Positions 8,546-18,943 of a stretch of DNA of 64,000 nt are shown here, one piece after another. A model generated the notes under the pieces. The model searched no databases. It had not been told where the DNA came from and was given only the letters and a program-made list of their open reading frames with translations. The number at the start of each line of letters is the position of its first letter. The stretch's first letter is position 1. Both the position numbers and the translations under genes were made by a program. Source of the stretch: a virus; the IMG/VR virus record IMGVR_UViG_3300025108_000001, positions 35,251 to 99,250 of that record; one strand, given 5' to 3'.

Positions 8546-11278
8546 TCACCTAAAATTAGCCTTTATGAAATACACGCCTTCTTTTGGAACACCATGTTTT
8601 ATACTTATGTCGTGCATAGAATTAACTTCATTCACTATCGAATGTATCTCATGCGCTGAAACATCAATATTAAAATCCTTTTTTAGTATCTCAATTGTAG
8701 CATTTACATGGTCGAAATTATGTGTTTTAGAAGTATTATAATATACGGGCTTACCCATCATTTTTCTGATGCTATCATGTGCATCTAATATTTTTAATTC
8801 ATCTTCGCTACGCAAAACTTTCATATCCTGTATCGCAGTTTTGAATGCAGTTATTCCCTTTTGACTACCTATCTTTTTTTTACCAACTGAGGTTGAGGTT
8901 AAACTAGCGTCTTGTCTAAGAATTACATTAACGAGTTGTTTGAAAGGATAGTTTACTCTGGGATTAAATTCTTCGTACCAGTCTTTAGGAGTTTTATTAC
9001 TAGAAGAATTAGGATAATAACCGTTTATATTAGAAGTTTCTTTATGATATTCAAACCACTCGTTTACTAAATTATTGTTTTCTAAAGTTTCATATAAAAA
9101 TGAACCAAACTCGGTATTTATTTCATCAACAATAACGCCTTCACCTTTAACGAGTAACATCTCTTTTACTAAAGAACTAATTTGTTTAAATTCTTTTTTC
9201 AAGTTAGCAAAATTAACATCCTTTAGAGAAGAATTAACTAAATTAACAAAGTCAGTGATTTCTCTCAAATCTTCAGCAGAAATCATAGCGTAACCTAACT
9301 GTCTTTCTAAATCTAATATTCGTGTAAATGAATTATTTTTACTAGAACCTCCCGCTAATGATTTAAAGGTTTTAATGCTTTTTTCATTTATAGTAAAAGC
9401 AATTTCATCATCAAAAGGAACATATTGGTTGTAAACAGGCACTACGAAAAAATCTATAATAGCATTTAGCAATTCATCTAGTTCGTTTTCTGCGTTAATT
9501 AATTCTGAACGATATTCTTTAACATTTAATGTGCCTACATTTTCTAACCGCTTTTTCCTATTAATTCCTTGAATATCTTTAGCACCCATATCTAATGAAG
9601 ACTCTTTGCCGTATTTAGTTGCAGTAGGCGAGACACTTTCATTGTATATTTTAGAAAAAGTATTTAGGAAACTTGAAATCCTTTTACTTTTGTTGTCTAT
9701 ATCTTCTCCATTTAGTTCATTATTAGATGAATCATCTTCTTTATTATCAATAACTAAATCCGACTTTGTTGTGGAAGATAGCGGTAAATAAAATTCGGTC
9801 ATTGAATCAGTAACAGAAGCCAAGTCTTTAAGTTCTTCAAAATATTCTAATATTTTAGAATCCATTGCTATTCTAGTATTATAATTAACATCAAATTTTG
9901 CTCCTTGAATTAATAATAATTTTTTCATTCTTTTAAGTTGGTTTTCAAAAATTGGCGTATTTTTAAACGCTTCTGAATTGCCTCTATCAGTAAAAGCACG
10001 ATAGTATATAGGGTCAACAGCAACAGTGTTTTGAAAATTAGTTAATATTTGTTCTAATTGCTTTACTTCCGATATCGAAGCGGCATCTACTTCTTCTTGC
10101 ATAGTAACTTCTGCGGTTTTACCACTTTGACTTCCTTCTTTATCATAAGTTGTTACTGCAATAGGGGAATCCGTCTCCACTTTATCTTCACCATCACCCA
10201 AAAATCTTACTATATTTTTATTTTTCAAAAGTTCTACAAATAATTTAACGTGAACTTTTGATTTCATATATCCCTTCACTTGCATTTTTTTAAATCTAGT
10301 TATATAATTTAAATTGGTTTTAATATTATTAGAGTTTATCTCATTTTTAAATAATTTTAACTCTCCTACAATATCCTTTAATTCGGACGTAAGAGCCTCT
10401 TCGTCAACTTTCTCAACAGCATTAATAAAATCAGAATACTTAGTTTGAAAGTCTTCGTAGTCTTTATTAACACCCGACCAATATGAATATATTGCCTTTC
10501 TATTTTTTAAACTTCTAAGGTCTAGTTTACCTGTTATACTAGGTGCAGACAATATAATTTTTTTAGCCGTTCCTTCCTCATCATAACTTCTAAGTATTTC
10601 AAATACTGGCTCTAATACAGAAGACAGGCCTTTTTTATTCAGACTATCAATATACTGTATGAAATTGTCAATAGTTTCGGGGTCTAAACTAACACCACTT
10701 TTCAATCTTAAATTATTCAATGAATGAGTCTTATCAATAAAAACTCTCTTAACCGTTAAAGTTTCTCTAGAATTTCTATCCGAAAAGTTTGCAAGCATTT
10801 CATCTATTTTTTCTACGTTTACTCCGCTTCTTTCAACTAAGACTGAAATATCCCCTCTAAAATTAGAGTTTAATTCTGACTCAAACGCTTCACCTAATAT
10901 TTGCTCTAATGCGTAATTTTCCATAACATTAATTTTTTTTGGAAAATCTAACACTTCTGTTGGAAAGCCAACAAACAGATTACTTGCTTTTCCTCTCAAC
11001 CAAACTCTAAAAGCCTGTTTTTTAGATTTTGAAGACCCTTCTCCTAACATATCAGAAGGGTCGGATAACATGAAAGATTTATTTTCAGTCATATATTTAT
11101 GCAAATGAGAAGGTTCGGAAAAAATTATATTTAATATTTCATCCATTCTATCATCTAAACCGTCATCAGTAACATCCTTTTCATTTTCTTCTATGTGTTT
11201 CTCTATATTAAGTTCTAACCTAGAACGGCCTTTTTCAATATATACCTTAAATAATTCATACGATTTATCAATATCCAT
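8546..11278 (-). CDS. Large hypothetical (putative virion) protein
   Basis: 910-aa ORF co-oriented with and directly upstream of the terminase. Confidence 0.65.
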   Translation of the reverse strand: MDIDKSYELFKVYIEKGRSRLELNIEKHIEENEKDVTDDGLDDRMDEILNIIFSEPSHLHKYMTENKSFMLSDPSDMLGEGSSKSKKQAFRVWLRGKASNLFVGFPTEVLDFPKKINVMENYALEQILGEAFESELNSNFRGDISVLVERSGVNVEKIDEMLANFSDRNSRETLTVKRVFIDKTHSLNNLRLKSGVSLDPETIDNFIQYIDSLNKKGLSSVLEPVFEILRSYDEEGTAKKIILSAPSITGKLDLRSLKNRKAIYSYWSGVNKDYEDFQTKYSDFINAVEKVDEEALTSELKDIVGELKLFKNEINSNNIKTNLNYITRFKKMQVKGYMKSKVHVKLFVELLKNKNIVRFLGDGEDKVETDSPIAVTTYDKEGSQSGKTAEVTMQEEVDAASISEVKQLEQILTNFQNTVAVDPIYYRAFTDRGNSEAFKNTPIFENQLKRMKKLLLIQGAKFDVNYNTRIAMDSKILEYFEELKDLASVTDSMTEFYLPLSSTTKSDLVIDNKEDDSSNNELNGEDIDNKSKRISSFLNTFSKIYNESVSPTATKYGKESSLDMGAKDIQGINRKKRLENVGTLNVKEYRSELINAENELDELLNAIIDFFVVPVYNQYVPFDDEIAFTINEKSIKTFKSLAGGSSKNNSFTRILDLERQLGYAMISAEDLREITDFVNLVNSSLKDVNFANLKKEFKQISSLVKEMLLVKGEGVIVDEINTEFGSFLYETLENNNLVNEWFEYHKETSNINGYYPNSSSNKTPKDWYEEFNPRVNYPFKQLVNVILRQDASLTSTSVGKKKIGSQKGITAFKTAIQDMKVLRSEDELKILDAHDSIRKMMGKPVYYNTSKTHNFDHVNATIEILKKDFNIDVSAHEIHSIVNEVNSMHDISIKHGVPKEGVYFIKANFR

Positions 11279-11280
11279 AA

Positions 11281-13749
11281 TTACAGCCCCTTACTGTTTA
11301 ACCATTCTAATGGTTTGAAACCTTGAGTTTTACCTTTTGTTGTCTTTGGCTTAGAAATAGTTTTCTCTTTGGAAACAGTTACCATAGAAACTTTAATCTC
11401 ATCTAATATTTTTCGTTTGATGCTATCAAAACGTTTCAATAATACCTCTTTAATTTTTTTAACATCTGCCCTGTCCGTTTCACTTTCATCAATTTCTCTA
11501 TTTTTATTACTGTCTATTTCATCATACATTGTTCTTAATTCTACATTAGGAGGGTCTATCAATTCATCTATATTCCTACTAAATTTTAACAATCTTTGAT
11601 ATTCCTTATTTAATTTATATTGTTCTTCTTTAGGCAAGGAATCTAACGTTATAGGTTCGTCATTTTGATTATCTTGAGTTTTTTCTTCATTCATATATCT
11701 ATCTTTAAAGATAGCGATAGAATTAGTTTTACTATCATCCATAGAACCGTCCGTTCCACTAATATAGAAATTACCCACCGCACCTTCTGTTGTTTCAGGA
11801 ACAAAATCAACAGTCTTAGAGGGTATCATTGTTTCTAACATATCTTGGAAATCTTCGCGTTCCTCCAAAAAACGTTTCATTTCCCTTAGGCTCAATCTAG
11901 TAGAAATATTCTGTATAGTAGAATTAAATTCAGACTTTTTATAATCATCTATATTTTCAACTATATCTAAAAGTTTGGTTCTTGTATCGCTAGTCAATAA
12001 TGTATATTTAACATTTAAAGAAATGGTTGGCATATCTTCCATGTCTTTAAGCACATTCTCATAGGCGTTTAACAAATCAACTTCTTCATCAGTAGCATTA
12101 TCAGAAGTTCTAATCTCAGAAAGTCTAGTTAACCATGTTCGCCATCCCGTTACACTCCTTTGACCCTGTTTCACTACAATTTTACAAACACTCTTGAAAT
12201 TCGATAACAGTTGTTCCCATTGTGTGCTAGTAGTTTCAGAAAAACTATTTTTTGCTTCATTAAAATCACTTTGTCTTTGACCGTCACTTTCGATAATCAA
12301 CAACATTTTTAATTTATGTAAAAGAGTGCCTTCACTCACAGTTACTTTATTAGTTATTATCATATCATCTAATCTTCCGCCTACATTATCGGAATCATAC
12401 CTAAAGTAAATGGCTAAAGCACTTTGGAAGGCAGATACTTTTACATTTTCAAAGAAGTCTTTTTTAGTTCCGAATAAAAACTTAGGTCGGTCTGCTTTTC
12501 TAACATTATTCATTACATTTTCAAAATAAATTTTTGCTAACTTATCATCAATGTCAGAAATATCTATATTGTCATCTTTTTTATCTCTAATTATTTTTGC
12601 GCTCTTGTCCGTAGTAGTTTTAGGTTTCATTTTAAGAGAATTAAAATCTTTTTTTCCTAATATTTTTGCTAATTGAGTTCTTTCAATTTTTCCTTTATGG
12701 ATTTTTGAACCTGCTAATGAATCTATTTCCTCAATACTCAAAAAAGGAGCAAATTTAGTCAATCCTATTACTTCGGGAGATGAAGTTTTAATAGATATTT
12801 TTTTGTCATATAAATAAAACCCTTCTCGACTTTTTGTTTTCTGTTTTGGTTTATCTGCATCCTTTTCTTTTTGTGCGTCAATACTTCCTTTCTCATCTTC
12901 AGGTACATCTTCAGGTTCATCTTCAGTTTCAGTCTGATTATTACCCCTATATTCAACAGGTAGTAATACTGGTTTTTTAGTAAACCCGTTTAATATAGCC
13001 TTTACTTCTGTATCGAAAGTTTCTTCCGTAACACCTGCGGATAACGGCATAACTACTATTAAATCATCACTTAATGAATAGCCTAAAGTTTCAGGATTAT
13101 CTTTGTATTTATTAGTTAAGGTTTTTTGAATGTCTCTATCTTTGAAAAGTTTTGAAATATCTCTATTCCTTTGTTCCTTTTCATCCTTTGTTAACTTCTT
13201 GTTTTTACCTCTAGGTTTCAGAATAAGATTTTCATTTTTTATATATTCTACTGCATCAAAATCAACTTCACCTTTCATGTATCTAAGAACATCATCAAAA
13301 TCTCCTTGTTTTACTAACTTTGTCAACATCGGTTTAGTTCTATAAAAATTTTTTTCATAAATATCTAATAACATATCTAATCTATCTATATATTTTTCAG
13401 TATGAACCATTTGTGGAGACTTATAGTAAGGGTCTTCTCTTAATTGTTTAACGGATGGTTGCTTTCCATCTTTACCTTTAGGCCTAAACATATCTTTTCC
13501 TTCATGGATATTATCTATTGATATTGGAGGGTCTCTAAAAAAACTAGGGAAAGCAACATATCTCAGTTTTGACCTTAATTGGTTAGCGGTTCGCTTGAAG
13601 TGATTATCCCCATTTTCTTTCATATATTTTTCTAATAATGCTGTCAATTTCTTTTTGTCATCAGTAGTTAATAAGACATATATTTTTTTTACACCTTCGG
13701 TCATATTTTTTGACGGTCTAGGTGCTTTCAAAACAGATTGCCAACTCAT
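11281..13749 (-). CDS. Large hypothetical protein with MSWQSVLK tag (putative internal virion protein)
   Basis: Likely start is ATG at 13749 (ccaactcat) after GGAGAT. Confidence 0.7.
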   Translation of the reverse strand: MSWQSVLKAPRPSKNMTEGVKKIYVLLTTDDKKKLTALLEKYMKENGDNHFKRTANQLRSKLRYVAFPSFFRDPPISIDNIHEGKDMFRPKGKDGKQPSVKQLREDPYYKSPQMVHTEKYIDRLDMLLDIYEKNFYRTKPMLTKLVKQGDFDDVLRYMKGEVDFDAVEYIKNENLILKPRGKNKKLTKDEKEQRNRDISKLFKDRDIQKTLTNKYKDNPETLGYSLSDDLIVVMPLSAGVTEETFDTEVKAILNGFTKKPVLLPVEYRGNNQTETEDEPEDVPEDEKGSIDAQKEKDADKPKQKTKSREGFYLYDKKISIKTSSPEVIGLTKFAPFLSIEEIDSLAGSKIHKGKIERTQLAKILGKKDFNSLKMKPKTTTDKSAKIIRDKKDDNIDISDIDDKLAKIYFENVMNNVRKADRPKFLFGTKKDFFENVKVSAFQSALAIYFRYDSDNVGGRLDDMIITNKVTVSEGTLLHKLKMLLIIESDGQRQSDFNEAKNSFSETTSTQWEQLLSNFKSVCKIVVKQGQRSVTGWRTWLTRLSEIRTSDNATDEEVDLLNAYENVLKDMEDMPTISLNVKYTLLTSDTRTKLLDIVENIDDYKKSEFNSTIQNISTRLSLREMKRFLEEREDFQDMLETMIPSKTVDFVPETTEGAVGNFYISGTDGSMDDSKTNSIAIFKDRYMNEEKTQDNQNDEPITLDSLPKEEQYKLNKEYQRLLKFSRNIDELIDPPNVELRTMYDEIDSNKNREIDESETDRADVKKIKEVLLKRFDSIKRKILDEIKVSMVTVSKEKTISKPKTTKGKTQGFKPLEWLNSKGL

Positions 13750-13750
13750 C

Positions 13751-14056
13751 TTATTTATCTCCAACTTCATAGAACAGTGCTTCATTAGACTCGGCAGGGG
13801 TTAATCTTCCAAGAGGGTGTCTTCCGGCATCAAAACATTCCTTACAAGAATCTCCCAAATCCGAATTATCATTGTCCGGTTCATAATCCACAATCGTCCA
13901 CTTTTTTCCTAATAACTTCATACGACAAGAATCACAAATCTTCTTACCACATCCTCCTTCACAGGCTGTATGGTGAACCTCTTTCTCATTAGGACTAATA
14001 CCACAATAAGAGCAATCTTGTTCAGTTTCACTTTTTAATACATCTTGCCAATTCAT
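13751..14056 (-). CDS. Zn-finger protein with MNWQDVLK tag
   Basis: CSYC, C-x3-C, CDSC and CKEC pairs. Confidence 0.75.
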   Translation of the reverse strand: MNWQDVLKSETEQDCSYCGISPNEKEVHHTACEGGCGKKICDSCRMKLLGKKWTIVDYEPDNDNSDLGDSCKECFDAGRHPLGRLTPAESNEALFYEVGDK

Positions 14057-14068
14057 TGAACTCTCTCC

Positions 14069-14614
14069 TTAGACATCTTCTCTTCTGTCAAATGCCGTAT
14101 GTTGGTCTGCATTTCTTCTTTGCTTCCAACCACCTTCGACCCGTTTTGTTTTAGGTCGTCTTAAATTAGATAAAGCACTAGAGCCGCTAAGATTTCTTGT
14201 TAAAGGCGGTAATGCAAAACTAAATTTTTCATTTTTAATTGACCCTGCACTATATTCAATTGTAATAATTGCATCTTCTTCGGGATAAGCGTCATCGAAC
14301 AAAGTATTAGCCACATCCCCTCTATCTCGATTTTTTTGTGGCTTAACTACTACATCGTGAATTTTTATTCTAAGGCTACTTGGAAGACCCTTATATCCTC
14401 CATAATGTTGAATCACGCTAACTAATTGATTATCAGGAAATTGATTCCTTCTTAGTTTGTATAAATCACTTTTACTCATCATTAATATTCCGTTAGTTAA
14501 AGCACTTTCAATAGTAATCTTTAATTTGCCTTCACTCATTTCTTCAGGTGCGTGTTTCCTACCTAACATTCTTGCTTCTCTTAAATCAACTTTTAATATT
14601 TCTTTCCAACTCAT
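14069..14614 (-). CDS. Hypothetical protein with MSWKEILK tag
   Basis: ATG at 14614 overlaps the upstream stop (ATGA). Confidence 0.7.
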   Translation of the reverse strand: MSWKEILKVDLREARMLGRKHAPEEMSEGKLKITIESALTNGILMMSKSDLYKLRRNQFPDNQLVSVIQHYGGYKGLPSSLRIKIHDVVVKPQKNRDRGDVANTLFDDAYPEEDAIITIEYSAGSIKNEKFSFALPPLTRNLSGSSALSNLRRPKTKRVEGGWKQRRNADQHTAFDRREDV

Positions 14615-14997
14615 TGTATTAACCCCTCTAATTTCATTTTTTCCCAAAACCCTGATGTATGGGGTTGTATTTTAGACACGGTTGGTAATACATTCGTGTC
14701 TTCCAATGAATGCAATTCCTCAATAAACTCCTTAAGATATTCTCTTGCCTTGCCTTTATTTTGTATATTATCTTTAATAGTAAACACATGAATATCCCAA
14801 AAATAGTTACTTGGATTTTCGTCTTGATGATAAACTGCTTCACCCCTTGCCTTTTTATCATTAGATTCCCATGTTAATTTATCATCCCATTCAGGCGTTA
14901 AATCTGACAAGTATTGAAATTGTTTGTCCTTTCTTGGTTTATATGGATTACTACCCATATACCAAGTAGGAGATTTCAAAATATTCATCCAACTCAT
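14611..14997 (-). CDS. GNAT-like acetyltransferase with MSWMNILK tag
   Basis: IHVFTIKDNIQNKGKAREYL resembles GNAT motif A (Q/R-x-x-G-x-A); C-terminal GFWEKM. Confidence 0.55.
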   Translation of the reverse strand: MSWMNILKSPTWYMGSNPYKPRKDKQFQYLSDLTPEWDDKLTWESNDKKARGEAVYHQDENPSNYFWDIHVFTIKDNIQNKGKAREYLKEFIEELHSLEDTNVLPTVSKIQPHTSGFWEKMKLEGLIQ

Positions 14998-15012
14998 TGT
15001 AATCTCTCCTTC

Positions 15013-15321
15013 TCAATCTTTTCTTTCTAAAACAATATACCAATCAAAAACTGTTCCATCTTCTTTTGTGGCGGCAGGTTCTAATTGTTGAATAGAAAAT
15101 CCGCCATTTTGTTCTAAGAAATCCCTCAAATTACTCGTTCTTATATCTGATGACAGAACATCTTCCTTACTTGAATAAACTTGTGCTAATACTTCCTTAT
15201 CATCAACAATATAACTTCTAAGCCCACTGTAACTTGTATTTGGAAAAGCAACTTTACTTTTAAAATCCTTTCTTTTTCCATGACTTATAAAATCATTTTT
15301 CAATATATTTTTCCAACTCAT
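15013..15321 (-). CDS. Hypothetical protein with MSWKNILK tag
   Basis: ORF track; ATGA overlap with the upstream gene. Confidence 0.7.
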   Translation of the reverse strand: MSWKNILKNDFISHGKRKDFKSKVAFPNTSYSGLRSYIVDDKEVLAQVYSSKEDVLSSDIRTSNLRDFLEQNGGFSIQQLEPAATKEDGTVFDWYIVLERKD

Positions 15322-15974
15322 TGTAACTTACTCTCCATTTGTTTTCTAACATCTAGCCAAACTTCAGGGTGATTTTGTGCTAACACTTCTTTAATAATTT
15401 GCATCTGATGAACAATAATTGTATCTTGTCTCTTGTGAACTAACTTACCTTTGAACTCCATCAAGTATCTCAAACTCTCACGGACTTCCTTTGCTAACTT
15501 AGTTAATGAATCTATATGTTTTGGGTCTAACTCATCTGATTGGAAAAGTAAATCTAATTTAGTATCTAGTCTAGAAATGTTAGCACTTAAAGTATCAACT
15601 TCATTTATCTCTCGCATTGCTATCATGTTTGCTGCTGATTGTTGAACTAAAGGTTGAACGTGATTTTTCATATGGCGAACTACTTGGTCGGCAGTGCAGT
15701 TTACCATTGACCCTACTTCTTCAGGAGTAATTAAAGAATCGTGTATTTGTAATTCGATTGCACTTCTATGTTCACTAGTGCAAACATTACATTTTGGATT
15801 AGAAGAATTAACATATCCTTCCATGTGATTTCTTTGATGCCTTGAAGCAGTGCCACTAGGCCAATCCATTTGAATATCTAACTCATCAGCAGTAATTATC
15901 ATGTTATCTAATTCATCTTCAAGGCTCTGCCTATTATCTAAATTACAAAAAACACAACGTTTTCTAGTTACCAA
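15318..15974 (-). CDS. Probable terminase small subunit / tandem Zn-HTH DNA-binding protein
   Basis: Two repeats of CxxC...R..IE..L...RH-x3-H followed by a coiled-coil; located in the packaging block. Confidence 0.5.
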   Translation of the reverse strand: MVTRKRCVFCNLDNRQSLEDELDNMIITADELDIQMDWPSGTASRHQRNHMEGYVNSSNPKCNVCTSEHRSAIELQIHDSLITPEEVGSMVNCTADQVVRHMKNHVQPLVQQSAANMIAMREINEVDTLSANISRLDTKLDLLFQSDELDPKHIDSLTKLAKEVRESLRYLMEFKGKLVHKRQDTIIVHQMQIIKEVLAQNHPEVWLDVRKQMESKLQ

Positions 15975-15978
15975 CTAA

Positions 15979-16230
15979 TCACCCCATTGTCTCTTTCAAT
16001 TTTTCTTTAAGTTCTTCTAATGTTTTTTCCGCATCAAGAATAGTAGGTCTTTGTATTTGTTCAATGATGTTTCTTGCATATTCTATAAGCAAACCTGTTT
16101 CTTTATTCATTTTAATAGCGGCTTCTTCAATATCTTCATACAACTTTTCTAGTAGTTTTTCCGTCTTTTCAATTTGGTCTAGATAAAATGAATATTCTTC
16201 TAATCCCTTTAATACAGAAAACCAACTCAT
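15979..16230 (-). CDS. Coiled-coil protein with MSWFSVLK tag
   Basis: ORF track; GGGAGA SD. Confidence 0.7.
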   Translation of the reverse strand: MSWFSVLKGLEEYSFYLDQIEKTEKLLEKLYEDIEEAAIKMNKETGLLIEYARNIIEQIQRPTILDAEKTLEELKEKLKETMG

Positions 16231-16247
16231 CTTAATTTCTCCCTCAT

Positions 16248-16430
16248 TTATAGTAATTTTTTAAGTTCAGTAATTAAAACCTTAACATCTTCTTTAGTAT
16301 AGGGTTCAGGATTTGCTAATTTTTCTGGACTAGGATAGCCTAAAATATTGGAATTAAGTACTTCCATAACTTCGTCCGTTATATCATCTCCCCAATCAAA
16401 ATCTTCTTTTATTATTCCTTTCCAACTCAT
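16248..16430 (-). CDS. Small acidic protein with MSWKGIIK tag
   Basis: Likely start is ATG at 16430 after GGAGAG. Confidence 0.7.
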   Translation of the reverse strand: MSWKGIIKEDFDWGDDITDEVMEVLNSNILGYPSPEKLANPEPYTKEDVKVLITELKKLL

Positions 16431-16431
16431 C

Positions 16432-16509
16432 TTAATACTCTCCACAATAACTACACATACAACAAGAATAATTATCCTCATCTATTTCCATATTACAACA
16501 TTCTAACAT
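16432..16509 (-). CDS. 25-aa Cys-rich microprotein (MLECCNMEIDEDNYSCCMCSYCGEY)
   Basis: Exactly fills the gap between two genes; GAGGGA SD; 6 Cys. Confidence 0.45.
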   Translation of the reverse strand: MLECCNMEIDEDNYSCCMCSYCGEY

Positions 16510-17708
16510 ATCATTTCCCTCTTTAAAATATCTTTCCAATTATCTGTATTGGAATTTATTGATTTATTAGTTTGTTCAAAACCTTCTTGTTGTAAATTAT
16601 TTTCAGTTGTTTCTTCAACCGGAAAGTTAGCAATCTGAATAGTATTGAAATTTCTCTTGTTTTTATTTTCCCAACGCATTCTTTTGTTGTCTAGTAAAAT
16701 AGTTACAATTTCATTTATTCTCCATCTGCTTATTTTAAACCAAGCAGATTTTATTTCATTGGGAATATTTATTCCAATCATTTCTTTAATTCTATCAGAA
16801 TCATTCCCTCTAGGTATTTGTATTGCTTTTCCTTCAATTTCCTTTTGACACCTTTCCCATTGAAAATTACCATTAGGTAGAGGTGTTTTCATCCATTTCT
16901 TTATTATTCTTTTAACACCACTAATCTCCATTGCTTTCCTAGCCCAACCAGTTTGAGTTTTATCTCCCAACTGTATTGGTGTATCTTTGCTTAAACCAAG
17001 TGGTTGTTCTAATGCTTCTATTCCGGCATTGACTATTTGAAGTAAACTATTAGTTAATGTATAGCCCACTACATCATTTGGATTTTCAGCATATAACATA
17101 GACCAAAAGGGAGGCTTTGCCAAATTGGGGTCAATATTATACCAAGCCGAATCAACAGCAGGTGAAGGTTTTAGTGGAGGGTCGCCCTTTTTACGATTTT
17201 TTATTTTATATTCTATTCTATCTTCATAATTAGGAGTTCTAAAATGACCGAAAATTTTTCGTCTCCCTGTTATCTCACCTGTTTCATCATCTATTTCTTT
17301 ATCTAGAAAAGGAATACTTCTAGGGTTTGAATCATTTGCACTTGAATTGATATTGTTCATATATTGCTGTAATTGTTTCAAATCAGTAATATCATCAACA
17401 TCAATATCATTGTTAAATATTCTTTTTAACATAGCATTTATTTTGTTCCCGCCTTCGGGCGAAACTGCACCTGCGAAACCCTTCCTTCTTCCAATTAGAC
17501 CTTGTTTCAGAAACATACCGTATAGAGAAAGTTGAGGTTGGAGCATTCCTATTTTATTTCCTTTAACTGCCTTAGTTTCTGTAACCCATAATTGAAACAT
17601 TTCACTTAGTAATTTAACATTAACATTGCCTTCAAAATTATAAGTTCCGGTAGGAGTAGTTGCACTAATCGTTGTTCCTTCTTCTTTTTTTATTGTTTTT
17701 TCTACCAC
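16503..17708 (-). CDS. Hypothetical protein with a C-terminal copy of the tag (NWKDILK)
   Basis: GTG at 17708 after AAGGAGGT is a better start than the TTG in the ORF track. Confidence 0.7.
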   Translation of the reverse strand: MVEKTIKKEEGTTISATTPTGTYNFEGNVNVKLLSEMFQLWVTETKAVKGNKIGMLQPQLSLYGMFLKQGLIGRRKGFAGAVSPEGGNKINAMLKRIFNNDIDVDDITDLKQLQQYMNNINSSANDSNPRSIPFLDKEIDDETGEITGRRKIFGHFRTPNYEDRIEYKIKNRKKGDPPLKPSPAVDSAWYNIDPNLAKPPFWSMLYAENPNDVVGYTLTNSLLQIVNAGIEALEQPLGLSKDTPIQLGDKTQTGWARKAMEISGVKRIIKKWMKTPLPNGNFQWERCQKEIEGKAIQIPRGNDSDRIKEMIGINIPNEIKSAWFKISRWRINEIVTILLDNKRMRWENKNKRNFNTIQIANFPVEETTENNLQQEGFEQTNKSINSNTDNWKDILKREMIC

Positions 17709-17835
17709 GTTTTTTACCTCCTTTTGATGAAATTGATTTGTTATTAAATAAAGATGAAGTTCCATTATTACTAGTAGTAACTGCCCCTGCCATTCGTAGT
17801 ATAGTAAACCATTTACTGTTAGGGATAGTTGCCAC
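17665..17835 (-). CDS. 56-aa basic protein with tag variant (SKWFTILR); absent from ORF track
   Basis: Translates VATIPNSKWFTILRMAGAVTTSNNGTSSLFNNKSISSKGGKKRGRKNNKKRRRNND. Confidence 0.6.
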   Translation of the reverse strand: MATIPNSKWFTILRMAGAVTTSNNGTSSLFNNKSISSKGGKKRGRKNNKKRRRNND

Positions 17836-17961
17836 TTGTATAAGCGCAACAACAATTAGACTATGAATGTTTCACTAATTACTATTGTTTTTTATTTTTT
17901 CTGATTGCAACCCACACCCAAAAATCATTTGATAAAGTCCAAAAAAATTTCTCTATTCTAT

Positions 17962-18294
17962 TCAAGAACCTTTTCTCCACTTCTCATTTTTCTTTTCCTT
18001 AGTTTTACTAGGACTCCACTTTACTTTATCAGACCAATATGCGGCAGACATTTTACCACGTTTAATATTCTTAGCGTGTCTAGATTTGAAGGCCTTTCTT
18101 TGACCTGCTGTTTGATTTGTTTTTACTCCCTTCTGTCCGAACCTAATAGTTTTAACTTTATCACCATCTTTTACTACAACAATGTGAGATTTAGTTTTGT
18201 GCTTAATTCTCTTGGGCTTACTAAAGCCACTAACACCTGCTCTTTTCAACGCAGGGTGTTTACCCTTCTTTTTTAGAACTTCAAACCATGTCAT
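17962..18294 (-). CDS. Basic protein of a widespread phage family (IRFGQKG...FKSRH...SAAYWS), with MTWFEVLK tag
   Basis: Motifs resemble the DUF5754-like basic viral proteins. Confidence 0.7.
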   Translation of the reverse strand: MTWFEVLKKKGKHPALKRAGVSGFSKPKRIKHKTKSHIVVVKDGDKVKTIRFGQKGVKTNQTAGQRKAFKSRHAKNIKRGKMSAAYWSDKVKWSPSKTKEKKNEKWRKGS

Positions 18295-18662
18295 TAATTC
18301 CACAACTCTTCTTCGGGGTATAGTTCCATTGCTTCTTCTATATCTTCTCTAAAATTTTCAGCGACTTCTAACCAATCAACATCTGATATTGAATCTCCAA
18401 TTTCATCTCTATCATTAACGGGAGATAATAATTCATCCATAAAACCTTTATTTTGAGACATCATTTCGGGCAACTCTTTCGCTATTGCATCTAAAATATC
18501 TTCAATAACTTCTTTTCTAGACCAACCCCAACCAAGATATCCTTTTACTTTTTGTTTGATTAATTGTATTATTGGAAAATAATTCGCTTCCTCATTCATA
18601 ACCCACAAATCTGCACTTCTAGTTGCAGTTTTAGTGTCTTTCAAAATATCTTTCCAACTCAT
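18294..18662 (-). CDS. Acidic hypothetical protein with MSWKDILK tag
   Basis: ATG at 18662. Confidence 0.7.
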   Translation of the reverse strand: MSWKDILKDTKTATRSADLWVMNEEANYFPIIQLIKQKVKGYLGWGWSRKEVIEDILDAIAKELPEMMSQNKGFMDELLSPVNDRDEIGDSISDVDWLEVAENFREDIEEAMELYPEEELWN

Positions 18663-18667
18663 ATTAA

Positions 18668-18943
18668 TCACTTCTGCGAGAACTTCCTTCCGGTAGGAAC
18701 GTGTTGTTTACCCTTTTTAGTTCCTTCTCTTTTTTTCCTATCTTGATACTTCAATCTAGACTTAGAGGTTTTCTTGTAAGTTCCCTTTGGCATATACCTA
18801 CCCTTAGTTTTAGACTTAGGAGTTTTACCTTTTTCTTTGGCACTATGTTGCTCGGCGCTACCCCACTCTTCATTAGTCCAATTCTGTAAATCTCTTTGAG
18901 TTTTGGCCTTAGCCTTTAACATATCAAACCAACTACTAATCAC
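18668..18943 (-). CDS. Basic protein resembling the DUF5872 C-terminal half, with SWFDMLK tag
   Basis: QRDLQNWTNEEW...RYMPK...KKREG..KGKQHV; start at GTG 18943 or ATT 18940. Confidence 0.65.
   Translation of the reverse strand: MISSWFDMLKAKAKTQRDLQNWTNEEWGSAEQHSAKEKGKTPKSKTKGRYMPKGTYKKTSKSRLKYQDRKKREGTKKGKQHVPTGRKFSQK

Noticed and set aside
17709-17855. N-terminal 49 aa of the track's 450-aa ORF
   Set aside because: A strong SD precedes GTG at 17708, and the upstream DNA is better explained by the separate tagged 56-aa ORF in another frame.
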